A DNA stretch of 64,000 nucleotides, from NCBI GenBank assembly GCA_013359265.1, contig JABWCD010000001.1:41000-104999 (forward strand). Reading direction: 5' to 3'. A program made the translations under genes and the position numbers. This document shows positions 29,990 to 39,072 of this stretch, in pieces. Source of the DNA: Candidatus Hydrogenedentota bacterium (GTDB lineage Bacteria > Hydrogenedentota > Hydrogenedentia > Hydrogenedentales > SLHB01). Positions within the stretch are counted from its first letter, which is position 1; each line of letters begins with the position of its first letter. Under the pieces are notes generated by a model, which ran no database searches, was not told the DNA's origin, and saw nothing but the letters and a program-made list of their open reading frames with translations.

Positions 29990-30409
29990 ATGAAAGCCAC
30001 GCGCATCCTCGAAACCTGCCTTTACGTCAACGATCTCGACGCGGCCGAGCGGTTTTACCGCGACGTGATGGGGTTGGACTTCTACGCGAAGCAGGAAGGG
30101 CGGCACGTCTTCTTCCGATGCGGGACAACGATGTTTTTGTTGTTCGATCCGGAGGGGACGAGCGACCCGACGCAGCCGCTTGGTGGGCATGGGTGCCGGG
30201 GGCCGGGGCATGCCGCGTTTGAGATTGGCGACGACGAAGTGAACGCGTGGCGGGATTACCTGACGTCGTGCGGTGTGCCCATCGATTCGGAGATAGACTG
30301 GCCGAGCGGCGGCCATTCGCTGTATTTCCGCGATCCGGCAGGGAACATTCTGGAGGTCGCTACGCGATCGACGTGGGACTGGCCGGAGAAAGAGCGCTGT
30401 AGCGAATAG
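29990..30409 (+). CDS. VOC family (glyoxalase/bleomycin-resistance/dioxygenase fold) protein
   Basis: About 140 aa, paired beta-alpha-beta-beta-beta modules with His/Glu metal ligands (HAAFEI, EVATRS). Confidence 0.65.
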   Translation: MKATRILETCLYVNDLDAAERFYRDVMGLDFYAKQEGRHVFFRCGTTMFLLFDPEGTSDPTQPLGGHGCRGPGHAAFEIGDDEVNAWRDYLTSCGVPIDSEIDWPSGGHSLYFRDPAGNILEVATRSTWDWPEKERCSE

Positions 30410-30440
30410 CAAAATGGGGAAAAAGCAACACGTTTGTGGC

Positions 30441-30468
30441 GGCTTGGTCGGAGCCTCGCCCCACCCAG
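30441..30468. repeat. repeat family B single copy
   Basis: GGCGGCTTGGTCGGAGCCTCGCCCCACCC between convergent VOC and PPTase genes. Confidence 0.6.
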
Positions 30469-30482
30469 TGTAGCGGCTCTAT

Positions 30483-31220
30483 TCACGGTTGGTTCGTGGT
30501 ACACCAATCGAATGTGGAAAGTACTGGTGACGCCAACTCGACGGTGATCGCCGCGGCGTAGTCATCGCCGACGTCGAGGTCGCGGACACACCACGCGTCC
30601 GTTTCGCCCGGTCTCGCATGCACAAGGACGCGGAGCCTGTCGTTATCGTCTTCCGCGATCGAAAACGCGTTCAGCGGATAGGACAACCCTTCGCCATGCG
30701 CCTTGATGAACGACTCTTTCCGCGTCCATTGTTGAGTAAATGCGCGGACGCGATCGGCGTCGCGCACGGCGCGAAGGAGCGCCGATTCGGATTCCGTGAA
30801 AAACCGGTCCGCGATGCGCTGGCCGTCGAAGTCGGGGCGGCACCGCTCGACGTCGATGCCGATGCGCGCGGCGCGCGCAAACGCGATCAGTACGATGTCG
30901 CCGGAGTGCGCGAGGTTGAAGCGCAAATCGCTTCCGTGCGCCGCTGCGAGGTCCGGCTTGCCATGCGATGTGTATGTGAGCTGGACGCCGGCCGGCGGGA
31001 TGTTCAGGTACATGCCGAGCAGTTCTCTCAGGACACCGCGCGCGGCGACGTAGTTGTCGCGGCCCCGCTCGAAATGGAAACGCGCGGCGCGGTCGCGTTC
31101 GTCGGGCGCGAGCGAATTAATGAAACGGGTAATCGCGCTGTGTGACGCATCAGACGATGCTTTCCACACGTGCACGTCATCCGATTCGAGCTGGGGATCG
31201 GCTGGTGGCGACTTCCACAT
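30483..31220 (-). CDS. Sfp-type 4-prime-phosphopantetheinyl transferase
   Basis: Motifs FNLAHSGD, GIDVE, WTRKESFIKAHG. Confidence 0.8.
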   Translation of the reverse strand: MWKSPPADPQLESDDVHVWKASSDASHSAITRFINSLAPDERDRAARFHFERGRDNYVAARGVLRELLGMYLNIPPAGVQLTYTSHGKPDLAAAHGSDLRFNLAHSGDIVLIAFARAARIGIDVERCRPDFDGQRIADRFFTESESALLRAVRDADRVRAFTQQWTRKESFIKAHGEGLSYPLNAFSIAEDDNDRLRVLVHARPGETDAWCVRDLDVGDDYAAAITVELASPVLSTFDWCTTNQP

Positions 31221-31380
31221 GGAATGAAGCTACCGCATCGCGCGCGAAAATGCGAGTGTCAAACGCCAGCTTTGCTGGGAGCCAAAACGTCGGCGCTGGT
31301 CCTGTCACCCCCTTTCGCCGCGCACCACATTGTCCCGATAGAGGAATCCGGCCTTTCGGCGTTGTCAATCGAAAATCGCG

Positions 31381-32277
31381 CTAACCGCCTGCGAGGCGCG
31401 CTTCGGCAAGCTCGATAGCGTCGCGCAGGCTCTCCCCCACGACTTCGATCGCGGGTTGCAACATCAGCGTAACGTGGTTGCCGGGGGTGTCGTAGACTTT
31501 GAGGCCCTCGAGCGCGACGCCGCCCCAGCCCATTGCGGGGTCAGGATCGTGCAGTCCGAGCGAGGCGCTGTCACTGGCTTTGATGAGCGCGCCGTGGGCG
31601 TGAATGGGTTGTGGTTTGTACTTCCGGAGAACGGTCATGTTTGCGACGAGCACGCGCAGGCTGCGGAAGAGGCCCGGCGGCTGCAAGTCGAGGTGCGGGC
31701 GACGCTCAATCACGTCGGCGATTGGCGCACGCCCGAGCAGACGCATACATACGCGCATAAACGGCGCGAGCACGGAGCCGTGCTTAATGCGGTCGCCAAA
31801 CATGACGTAGAACCCGTCGCGGAAGTACGGGCCGGTGTGGCTGAACACGGCGATGATTATTTTCGGTATTACGTAGAGCCGCTGGATCGGCGTCAGGTTT
31901 GCGATCGGCGATTCGCGGCCCGGCCCATTCACGCGCATATCGAGCACGATGAGTTCGACTCTATCGCCGGTCTTCTCGAGTTGATGTGCCATCTCGAGCG
32001 CAACCATCGCACCGAAGGACCAGCCGCCGATAATGTACGGACCTGCGGGCTGGTGCGCCTTCAGTGCGGCAACATCGGCGCGCGCAAGGTCTTCGACCGT
32101 GCGAAACACGGGCGTTTCCGGGTTCAGGCTGGGGTCTTGGATCGCGTAAAACGGCCGGTCTTCGTCCCAATACTCGAGCACATGGTAGCAGGGGAAGACG
32201 ACGCCGCTGGCGGGCGCGCACAGGTAGAACGGGCGCTTTGAACCGGTGGGGTGCAGAGCAAACAGATGCGGGACCAT
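31381..32277 (-). CDS. type II thioesterase (alpha/beta hydrolase, editing TE)
   Basis: GGWSFGAMVA nucleophile elbow, 298 aa, 12 nt downstream of PKS stop. Confidence 0.8.
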   Translation of the reverse strand: MVPHLFALHPTGSKRPFYLCAPASGVVFPCYHVLEYWDEDRPFYAIQDPSLNPETPVFRTVEDLARADVAALKAHQPAGPYIIGGWSFGAMVALEMAHQLEKTGDRVELIVLDMRVNGPGRESPIANLTPIQRLYVIPKIIIAVFSHTGPYFRDGFYVMFGDRIKHGSVLAPFMRVCMRLLGRAPIADVIERRPHLDLQPPGLFRSLRVLVANMTVLRKYKPQPIHAHGALIKASDSASLGLHDPDPAMGWGGVALEGLKVYDTPGNHVTLMLQPAIEVVGESLRDAIELAEARLAGG

Positions 32278-32289
32278 GCGGAGGCGGGT

Positions 32290-35200
32290 CTACGCTTCTT
32301 CGTCCGGCGCGGGGCCGCCGCGCTCCGCGATCGCTTTGTCCATTCCTTCGCGCAGCACTTTCGCAACGTGCTCGACATATGGCGGGTTCATCAGCACGGC
32401 ATGGTTGCCCGGAACTTCGACAATATCGATTCCGCCTTCGGCCAGGTCGCCCCAGCCAAGCGTCCAGTCTTCGTGCAACTTGTGCATGATGGACTGGTCT
32501 TCGGCGCGCAGGAGCGTGATGCGGCCACGATAGGGCTGCAGCTTGTACGCAAGCAAAGCCTTCAAATTGGCCTTCAGCACGCGGACGGTCCGCCGCGTCT
32601 TCGGTTGCTTTATCAATAGCACGCGATTGTTGCGCGTGGCAATCTGCGCCATGTCCGCCTTTTTCACGAGCGTGTGGCGAATGACATCCGCGAACGCGAA
32701 CGAGAAGTATTCCCACAACGACGGCTCGTCGGCGGATTTTTTCCGGTTCTTCAGTTTTGACGGAAGGATGATGTAGATGAAATCGCGCGCGTAGGGCGGC
32801 CAGTGGCCCACGACTTTCACCGACATTTTCAACTGGCCCCACAGGTATCTCAGCCATTCGCCCGCGGTGCGCGCGCGATGCTTCTCGATGCGCGCCTCGG
32901 TGTCGATGATGCCGAGGAAGGCCACGTCTTCGCCTGCGGCGATGAGCTGCTGCGCCGTCTCGAATGCGACGGCGCCACCGAATGACCAGCCGCCGATGTA
33001 GTACGGGCCACTGGGCTGGATGCTGCGGATCGCCTTTACCTGTTCGGCGCAGAGCAACTCCATCGTGGGCAGCGGATCGATCGCGGGGTTGAGCGCGGGG
33101 TCCTGCAAGCCGTAGATGGGCTGGTTTTCGCCCATGTAGCGCGGCAGGTGGAAGTACATGAACGTCATGCCGCCTGCCGGCGCGCAACAGAAGAACGGAG
33201 GGCGGTCGCCCTTGGGCTGAATCGCAACGACGTGCGGCACCGTCGCTGACAGACCGACCTCGGCATTCACGGAACCGGGCACTTCGACGGGCAGCGGGTA
33301 CTCGAGTTCCGCGGCGACGCGGCGCGCGAACCCGCCGAGTTTGCGCGGCAGCCGCGTGCGTTTCCATACGTCGCCCAGCGATGCGTCAATGCCATCGTGT
33401 TTCTTAAAGTTCGGATCGCCGATGTGCATGGACGTCGCGTGGACGCCATCAGTCATGCGGTCGCCTTCGTAGGGCGTAAGCACCGCCGGATCAAAGGGAA
33501 TGCCGAGAAACGCGCACATCGCCTTCATCGATTCCTCGGGCTTCGCGACGATGTCCTCGTACTTCACAACGTATTTGCGATCGGAATCGATATTCTCCAG
33601 GAAGTCGGAGATGTTTGCGTTATGGGCGGTCCACACGTCCTCTCCCGCGGCCATGGGGTCGGCCTCACCGTCCATCATGAGGCGATCGAAGCGGTTGCGG
33701 ATGAAGGACTCGATCACCGAATACGGATGGCGCACGAGATGGATGTATTTCGCGCCGTCGAAGATGCGTTCGGCGTGATCGAGAATGTCGGCGCCCTCGC
33801 CGTACGAGGGCGATTTATCCACGAGCAGCCTGGGCGCGACGAGTTCCTGCATGTCGGCGTAGACCTTCTCGACGGGCACATCGTTTCTAACGTACTCGTC
33901 GACGTGCGCCTTAGCCTGTTCGGCGGTGAATCCGCGCAGCTCCATCCAAGCGCGCGGCAGGCCTTCCCCAAGGAACGAGGTGCCAAGGCCGTTATGCCAT
34001 TCGCGCATCGTGTTGTACTGGAGCAGGTGAAACTCCGGCGGGCTGAACAATTGCGGGTGCCCGGCGAGCATGACGCGAAGCAGTGTCGAGCCCGAACGCG
34101 GCGCGGACAGGAGAAACACCGCCGGCTTGTTCTTGACTGCCGGGCCAATGCGCCGCAGGCGCGGACGCAACCGCGCCGCTGTGGACCGCGCCGTAGTCTG
34201 CGCGGGCTGCGCGTCGGCACGGTGATCAAGCTGCGCGACTTCGTGAACGAGGTAAGGCGCGAGATCGGCGATTGTTGGCCGATCGAAGAGCTCCTTCGGG
34301 AACAGGCGCACGCCGAGATCGCGTTCGATGCTGTTCACGATTTCCATCATCATGATCGAGTCCACGCCCAACTCGCCGAAGTTGCGGTCGATCGCGATAG
34401 AGTCTTCGTTCCGACTGAGCACCTGCGCGACCTGGCGACGAAGATACGCCTCGATCGCTTCGACGTCATTTGCCGCGGGTTTTGCCGGCGCCTTCGGCGC
34501 CGCGGCAGCGGGCGATTTCGCGTGACCGTTTATCAGTTCGGAGAACATCGGCGATTCCGCAAACATTGGAATGCGGTTTCCAATCCGGTCCCAGTCGGCG
34601 TGCAACACGCCGATGTGCGACTCCCCGCTGGACATAAGCGAATCGAGCACGGCGATGCCTTCGCTAGGCTGCAGGCTGTCAATGCCTTGCGCGGCCCAGC
34701 GGTGGACCAATTGTGTGCGCGCGGCCATGCCCGTTTCGGCCCACGGGCCCCAATTGATGCACAGGGCCGGCTGACCGTGGGCCCGGCGATGGTGCGCCAA
34801 CGCATCCATGAAAGCGTTGCCCGCCGCGTAGTTTGCCTGGCCGGGCGCGCCCATGACGGCGGCGACCGACGAGAACAGCACGAAGAAATCGAGCCGGTTC
34901 GCCGCGCCGTTTCCGTTGGCGTCGAAGTGGCGATGCAGCAGCATCGTGCCGTCCACCTTGGGCCGCATCACGGCCGTGAGCGAATCCATGCTCAGATTGG
35001 TGACGGCATGATCGTCAATCACGCCCGCCGCGTGCACGACTCCGCGAATCGGCGGGAGGCCGCTCCGATCATACGCGGCGAGGAAATCGCGGACCTGCAT
35101 TTCGTCCGTCACATCGACGGACGCGCAGCGCACCTCCACACCGTCAGCCTCGAGGGCCACGACGGTGTCGATCCGCTCGCGTATCGCGGTGTCCGATACC

Positions 35201-38200
35201 GTGTTCCATTCTTCGCGCGGAGGCAATGGCGTACGGCCAAACAGCACGACGTGCTTCGCGCCGCGCCCGCCCAGCCACTTTGCGACGTGCAGGCCGAGGC
35301 CGCCAAGACCACCGGTAACGACGTAGGTCGCATCGGGCCGGCATTGAATCGCAGCGCCCTTCCCATTACCCGTTGTGCCATTATTCTTCGCGAGCCGGGC
35401 GGCAAATCGCCGGCCCGAGCGGAAACCGATCTGGTCCTCGCCATCGGGTGCGTCAAGCTCGCGCAATAGCAAATCGGCGGACGAATCGCCGGCATGCGGG
35501 TCGAGATCGACGAGTCCGCCCCACAGGCGCGCGTGTTCGAGCGCGACACTGCGGCCGAATCCCCACAACGGGGCTTGCGCCGCCGCGACACCGCCGTTCA
35601 ACGCCTCGATGCTTTGCGCGCCGCGCGTGACGCACCAGAGCAGACGTTGCGAACGGCTCGCGAAATGCCCATCACGCTCTCCGGACTCGGAAATCGATTG
35701 GACGAGGTGGAGCATTGCGCCGCACCCAAGCGCATGCGCATGGTGCAACGATTGCAGCGTTGCGTCGTCAATATTGGGCGCATCGAGCGACCAGAGGTGA
35801 ACGATGCGATCGCATGTACGGCCAATTTCGTTCCAAAGCCGATCAAAATCGGCGCCATTCATTGGATCGAGGGAAATGTCGTCCGCGGCGGCGGCCTCAT
35901 AGGAGTCCGCTGCCCGCACAATAATCGCGGACCCACCGCGCGCACGCACGCGTTGCGCCAACGCGTCCCCCGCTCCGGACTTATCGGCAAGAATCAACCA
36001 ACGCGAGGGCATTGCGCCGGGCTGGGTGGCGTTGTTCTTCTGAATCCACTTGACCTGATACAGCCAATCGCTTACGCGACTCGCACTGACTGTTTGCGCA
36101 GAAGCCGCCGTTGGCGCGGGCGCTTTGCGTGTCGTCGCCGAATTATCGAGCCAGTGGCGCTGCTTCGCGAACGGATAGGTCGGCAGTGAAATGCGCGAAC
36201 GCACGTACGGTGCGTCGAATCCTTTCCAATCGATCTTCGCCCCGGCGACATACAGCGACTGCAGCGAACGCAGGATGACTTGCCAGTCGTCTTGTCCCTT
36301 CGCAAGCGACGGAAGCCAAACCGCGGCATCCTTCGCCACGCAGCGGGCGCCCATGCCGGACAACGTGGCCTGCGGGCCCACTTCGAGAAACGTGTTGAAT
36401 CCGAGTCCTGTAATTGACTTTATGCCGTCCAGGAACTGCACGGCTTCGCGCAGGTGATTGCGCCAATAGTTCGCAGTGAATGCGTTCGCGTCGTCCGGCA
36501 CGCCGCCGTAGAGATTCGAGACGACAGGTATCTGCGGCGATTTGAACGCGATCGTGGAAGCGAATTGCTCGAACGCGTCCAACATCGGGTCCATAAGTGG
36601 AGAATGAAACGCGTGCGAGACGTTCAGTTTGATCGATTTCACGCCGCGCTCTTTGAATTCGGCAAGCAGCGCATCCACTTCTTGTTCCGGACCGGAGACA
36701 ACTGTATTTGCGGGGCCGTTGATGCCCGCGATCGCGACTACGCCAGTGCGCGAGACAAGTCCCGCCGCGACTGTATCGCGATCGGTGAGGACCGCGGCCA
36801 TCGTGCCGCCGGGTGGCATCGACCCCATGAGACGGGCCCGCTCGGCGATAAGGTTGAGGCCATCCTCGAACGAGAACACGCCTGCTACGCACGCCGCGAC
36901 GTATTCGCCGACGCTGTGCCCCATCACGATCGAGGGCGTGATGCCCCACGACTTCCACAGTCCCGCGAGCGCGTATTCAATCGCAAACAGCGCGGGCTGT
37001 GTGTATGCGGTTTCGTCAAGCGGCGTCGCAGAGCCTTCTTCGGGATATATTGCCTTCAAGAGAGGGACTTCGAGCCTCGGGCGCAACACTTCGTCGCACT
37101 CGTTCATGACACGGCGAAACACGGGACTGGCTTCGTAGAGTCCGCGGCCCATTTGGGGGAACTGCGCGCCCTGCCCAGTGAAGAGGAACGCGAGTCGCGT
37201 TTCCGTATTTGGTTTCGCCTCGCCAACGACGGCGGACTTAGCAGAGCCATTCTCGGCGAATTCGCGTAAGGTGTTTACAGCTTCGCCGGTAGTACCTGCA
37301 ATGATTGCAACTCGTTTTGCGAGGTGTGCGCGGCCCGTATTCGCCGAATAGCAGAAATCGGCCAAAGGCGCCGAATCGATCGCATCCGCATACCGTCCCG
37401 CGAGCGTCGTCAATGCGTCGTCGGTCTGCGCGGACAGCGCGAGTGCGTGCAGTGGGCGCTCAGCCTGCGACTCGGGCTTTGGCGCGGTTGCAGGCGGCGC
37501 TTCGAGAACGACGTGCGCATTCGCTCCGCCGAAACCGAACGAACTCACACCGGCAACGCGCTTGCGCTTCGACGTTTCCCACTGCTCCGTCTGCGTCGCG
37601 ATGCGCAGGGGCGTGCCTTCTATTTCGATAAGGGGGTTGATCTGCTTTAGGTGGAGGTGGGCCGGAATCGTACCACGTTCCAACACCAAGGCCGTTTTGA
37701 TTAGACCGGCAATACCGGCGGCCGCCTCGAGATGTCCAATGTTCGTTTTGACCGAGCCAAGCACGCAAGGCTCGTTTGCCGCGCGTTCGGGCAGCAGGAC
37801 CGCTTTCAGCGCATCCACCTCGATTGGGTCACCCAGCGATGTGCCGGTGCCGTGCGCCTCGACATAGCCGACGTCGCGATGCGAGACGCCCGCATCGGCG
37901 AGTGCGCGCCGGATAACGTCCTGTTGCGCGAGTTGGTTTGGCGCCGTAATTCCATTGCTGCGGCCATCGTGATTCACCGCGGAGCCGCGAATGACCGCAT
38001 GGATCGCGTCGCCATCGGCAATCGCCTCGGACAACCGTTTTAGCACGACGACGCCGCAGCCTTCGCCGCGCACATAACCGTCGGCGGATGCGTCGAACGT
38101 CTTGCACAGTCCATCCGGCGCCATCATGCGCGCATGCGAAAACACCATATTCACTTCGGGCGAGAGAATCACGTTGACGCCGCCTGCGAGTGCGAGCGAG

Positions 38201-39072
38201 CTTTCACCCTTACGCAGGCTTGTCACGGCTTGATGCACCGCGACGAGGGACGACGAGCACGCGGTATCGACGGCGATGCTCGGCCCGCGCAAGTCAAGGA
38301 AATAGGAAATGCGGTTTGGCGCGAGGCTGTGCGCGTTGCCGGTGCCTGCGTACGCATCGACGCGGTTGGCGTCGCCGAGTTGCAGACTCGAGTAGTCACT
38401 CGAACTGATGCCGACGAATACGCCTGTTTGCGATCCCGCGAGCGACGTTGGTGGCACGCCCGCGTCCTCGAGCGCTTCCCACGCGGTCTCCATGAGCAGG
38501 CGCTGCTGCGGGTCCATGCGCGCGGCCTCGCGCGGCGATATGCCGAAGAAATCGGCGTCGAACGTATCGACACGATCGAGGAACCCGCCGCGGCGCGTGT
38601 ACATTTTCCCCGGCGCGCCGGGGTTTGCATCGAAATAGTCGTCGATCTTCCAGCGGTCAGCGGGCACTTCCGAGATTGCGTCTGTGCCATTCGTCAACAA
38701 GGACCAGAACGCGTTTACTGAAGCGGCGCCGGGCGCACGGATTCCCATGCCGATAATGGCGACGGGTTCATTCGACACGCCAACGGCCGGAGGTGCGTCA
38801 AGAGCAGCCGCCTGATTCTCGCCCGCAAGATGCGCGGCAAGTTGCGCAATGGACGGATACTCCCACAGGAGCGTCGGCGACAGCTTCTTGCCGAGCCAAT
38901 CTTCGAGATCGCCGGAAATCGTCACGGCGTCGCGCGACGCCATCCCGAGATCGTCGAACGCTGCCGACGGTTTGATCGCACTGCGGTCGACCCCCAACTC
39001 TGCGGCGACGTGCTCGATGAGCCACGCCTGTATAGCTTCCTTACTCGGCAATCGCATCTTCCTGTCGCACAC
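32290..39072 (-). CDS. type I polyketide synthase, CurM/Ols-type olefin-forming module: ACP-KS-AT-KR-ACP-sulfotransferase-thioesterase
   Basis: 2260 aa. ACP0 (LGMAS, aa 43-47); KS DTACSSS (C271), HGTGT (407-411), NIGH; AT GHSVGE (S720) with HAFH malonyl motif; KR GGLGGLG (1254-1260), VIDD, YAAGN; ACP GVDSIM (S1572); ST PAPS loop PRSGST (1658-1663) and RHPYSVIES; TE GGWSFGG (S2030) and GNHAV; no DH/ER. Confidence 0.9.
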   Translation of the reverse strand: MCDRKMRLPSKEAIQAWLIEHVAAELGVDRSAIKPSAAFDDLGMASRDAVTISGDLEDWLGKKLSPTLLWEYPSIAQLAAHLAGENQAAALDAPPAVGVSNEPVAIIGMGIRAPGAASVNAFWSLLTNGTDAISEVPADRWKIDDYFDANPGAPGKMYTRRGGFLDRVDTFDADFFGISPREAARMDPQQRLLMETAWEALEDAGVPPTSLAGSQTGVFVGISSSDYSSLQLGDANRVDAYAGTGNAHSLAPNRISYFLDLRGPSIAVDTACSSSLVAVHQAVTSLRKGESSLALAGGVNVILSPEVNMVFSHARMMAPDGLCKTFDASADGYVRGEGCGVVVLKRLSEAIADGDAIHAVIRGSAVNHDGRSNGITAPNQLAQQDVIRRALADAGVSHRDVGYVEAHGTGTSLGDPIEVDALKAVLLPERAANEPCVLGSVKTNIGHLEAAAGIAGLIKTALVLERGTIPAHLHLKQINPLIEIEGTPLRIATQTEQWETSKRKRVAGVSSFGFGGANAHVVLEAPPATAPKPESQAERPLHALALSAQTDDALTTLAGRYADAIDSAPLADFCYSANTGRAHLAKRVAIIAGTTGEAVNTLREFAENGSAKSAVVGEAKPNTETRLAFLFTGQGAQFPQMGRGLYEASPVFRRVMNECDEVLRPRLEVPLLKAIYPEEGSATPLDETAYTQPALFAIEYALAGLWKSWGITPSIVMGHSVGEYVAACVAGVFSFEDGLNLIAERARLMGSMPPGGTMAAVLTDRDTVAAGLVSRTGVVAIAGINGPANTVVSGPEQEVDALLAEFKERGVKSIKLNVSHAFHSPLMDPMLDAFEQFASTIAFKSPQIPVVSNLYGGVPDDANAFTANYWRNHLREAVQFLDGIKSITGLGFNTFLEVGPQATLSGMGARCVAKDAAVWLPSLAKGQDDWQVILRSLQSLYVAGAKIDWKGFDAPYVRSRISLPTYPFAKQRHWLDNSATTRKAPAPTAASAQTVSASRVSDWLYQVKWIQKNNATQPGAMPSRWLILADKSGAGDALAQRVRARGGSAIIVRAADSYEAAAADDISLDPMNGADFDRLWNEIGRTCDRIVHLWSLDAPNIDDATLQSLHHAHALGCGAMLHLVQSISESGERDGHFASRSQRLLWCVTRGAQSIEALNGGVAAAQAPLWGFGRSVALEHARLWGGLVDLDPHAGDSSADLLLRELDAPDGEDQIGFRSGRRFAARLAKNNGTTGNGKGAAIQCRPDATYVVTGGLGGLGLHVAKWLGGRGAKHVVLFGRTPLPPREEWNTVSDTAIRERIDTVVALEADGVEVRCASVDVTDEMQVRDFLAAYDRSGLPPIRGVVHAAGVIDDHAVTNLSMDSLTAVMRPKVDGTMLLHRHFDANGNGAANRLDFFVLFSSVAAVMGAPGQANYAAGNAFMDALAHHRRAHGQPALCINWGPWAETGMAARTQLVHRWAAQGIDSLQPSEGIAVLDSLMSSGESHIGVLHADWDRIGNRIPMFAESPMFSELINGHAKSPAAAAPKAPAKPAANDVEAIEAYLRRQVAQVLSRNEDSIAIDRNFGELGVDSIMMMEIVNSIERDLGVRLFPKELFDRPTIADLAPYLVHEVAQLDHRADAQPAQTTARSTAARLRPRLRRIGPAVKNKPAVFLLSAPRSGSTLLRVMLAGHPQLFSPPEFHLLQYNTMREWHNGLGTSFLGEGLPRAWMELRGFTAEQAKAHVDEYVRNDVPVEKVYADMQELVAPRLLVDKSPSYGEGADILDHAERIFDGAKYIHLVRHPYSVIESFIRNRFDRLMMDGEADPMAAGEDVWTAHNANISDFLENIDSDRKYVVKYEDIVAKPEESMKAMCAFLGIPFDPAVLTPYEGDRMTDGVHATSMHIGDPNFKKHDGIDASLGDVWKRTRLPRKLGGFARRVAAELEYPLPVEVPGSVNAEVGLSATVPHVVAIQPKGDRPPFFCCAPAGGMTFMYFHLPRYMGENQPIYGLQDPALNPAIDPLPTMELLCAEQVKAIRSIQPSGPYYIGGWSFGGAVAFETAQQLIAAGEDVAFLGIIDTEARIEKHRARTAGEWLRYLWGQLKMSVKVVGHWPPYARDFIYIILPSKLKNRKKSADEPSLWEYFSFAFADVIRHTLVKKADMAQIATRNNRVLLIKQPKTRRTVRVLKANLKALLAYKLQPYRGRITLLRAEDQSIMHKLHEDWTLGWGDLAEGGIDIVEVPGNHAVLMNPPYVEHVAKVLREGMDKAIAERGGPAPDEEA

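Noticed and set aside
33397-35469. 690-aa plus-strand ORF (and other 100-300 aa ORFs) inside the PKS gene
   Set aside because: Antisense or alternate-frame artefacts within a domain-complete PKS reading frame.
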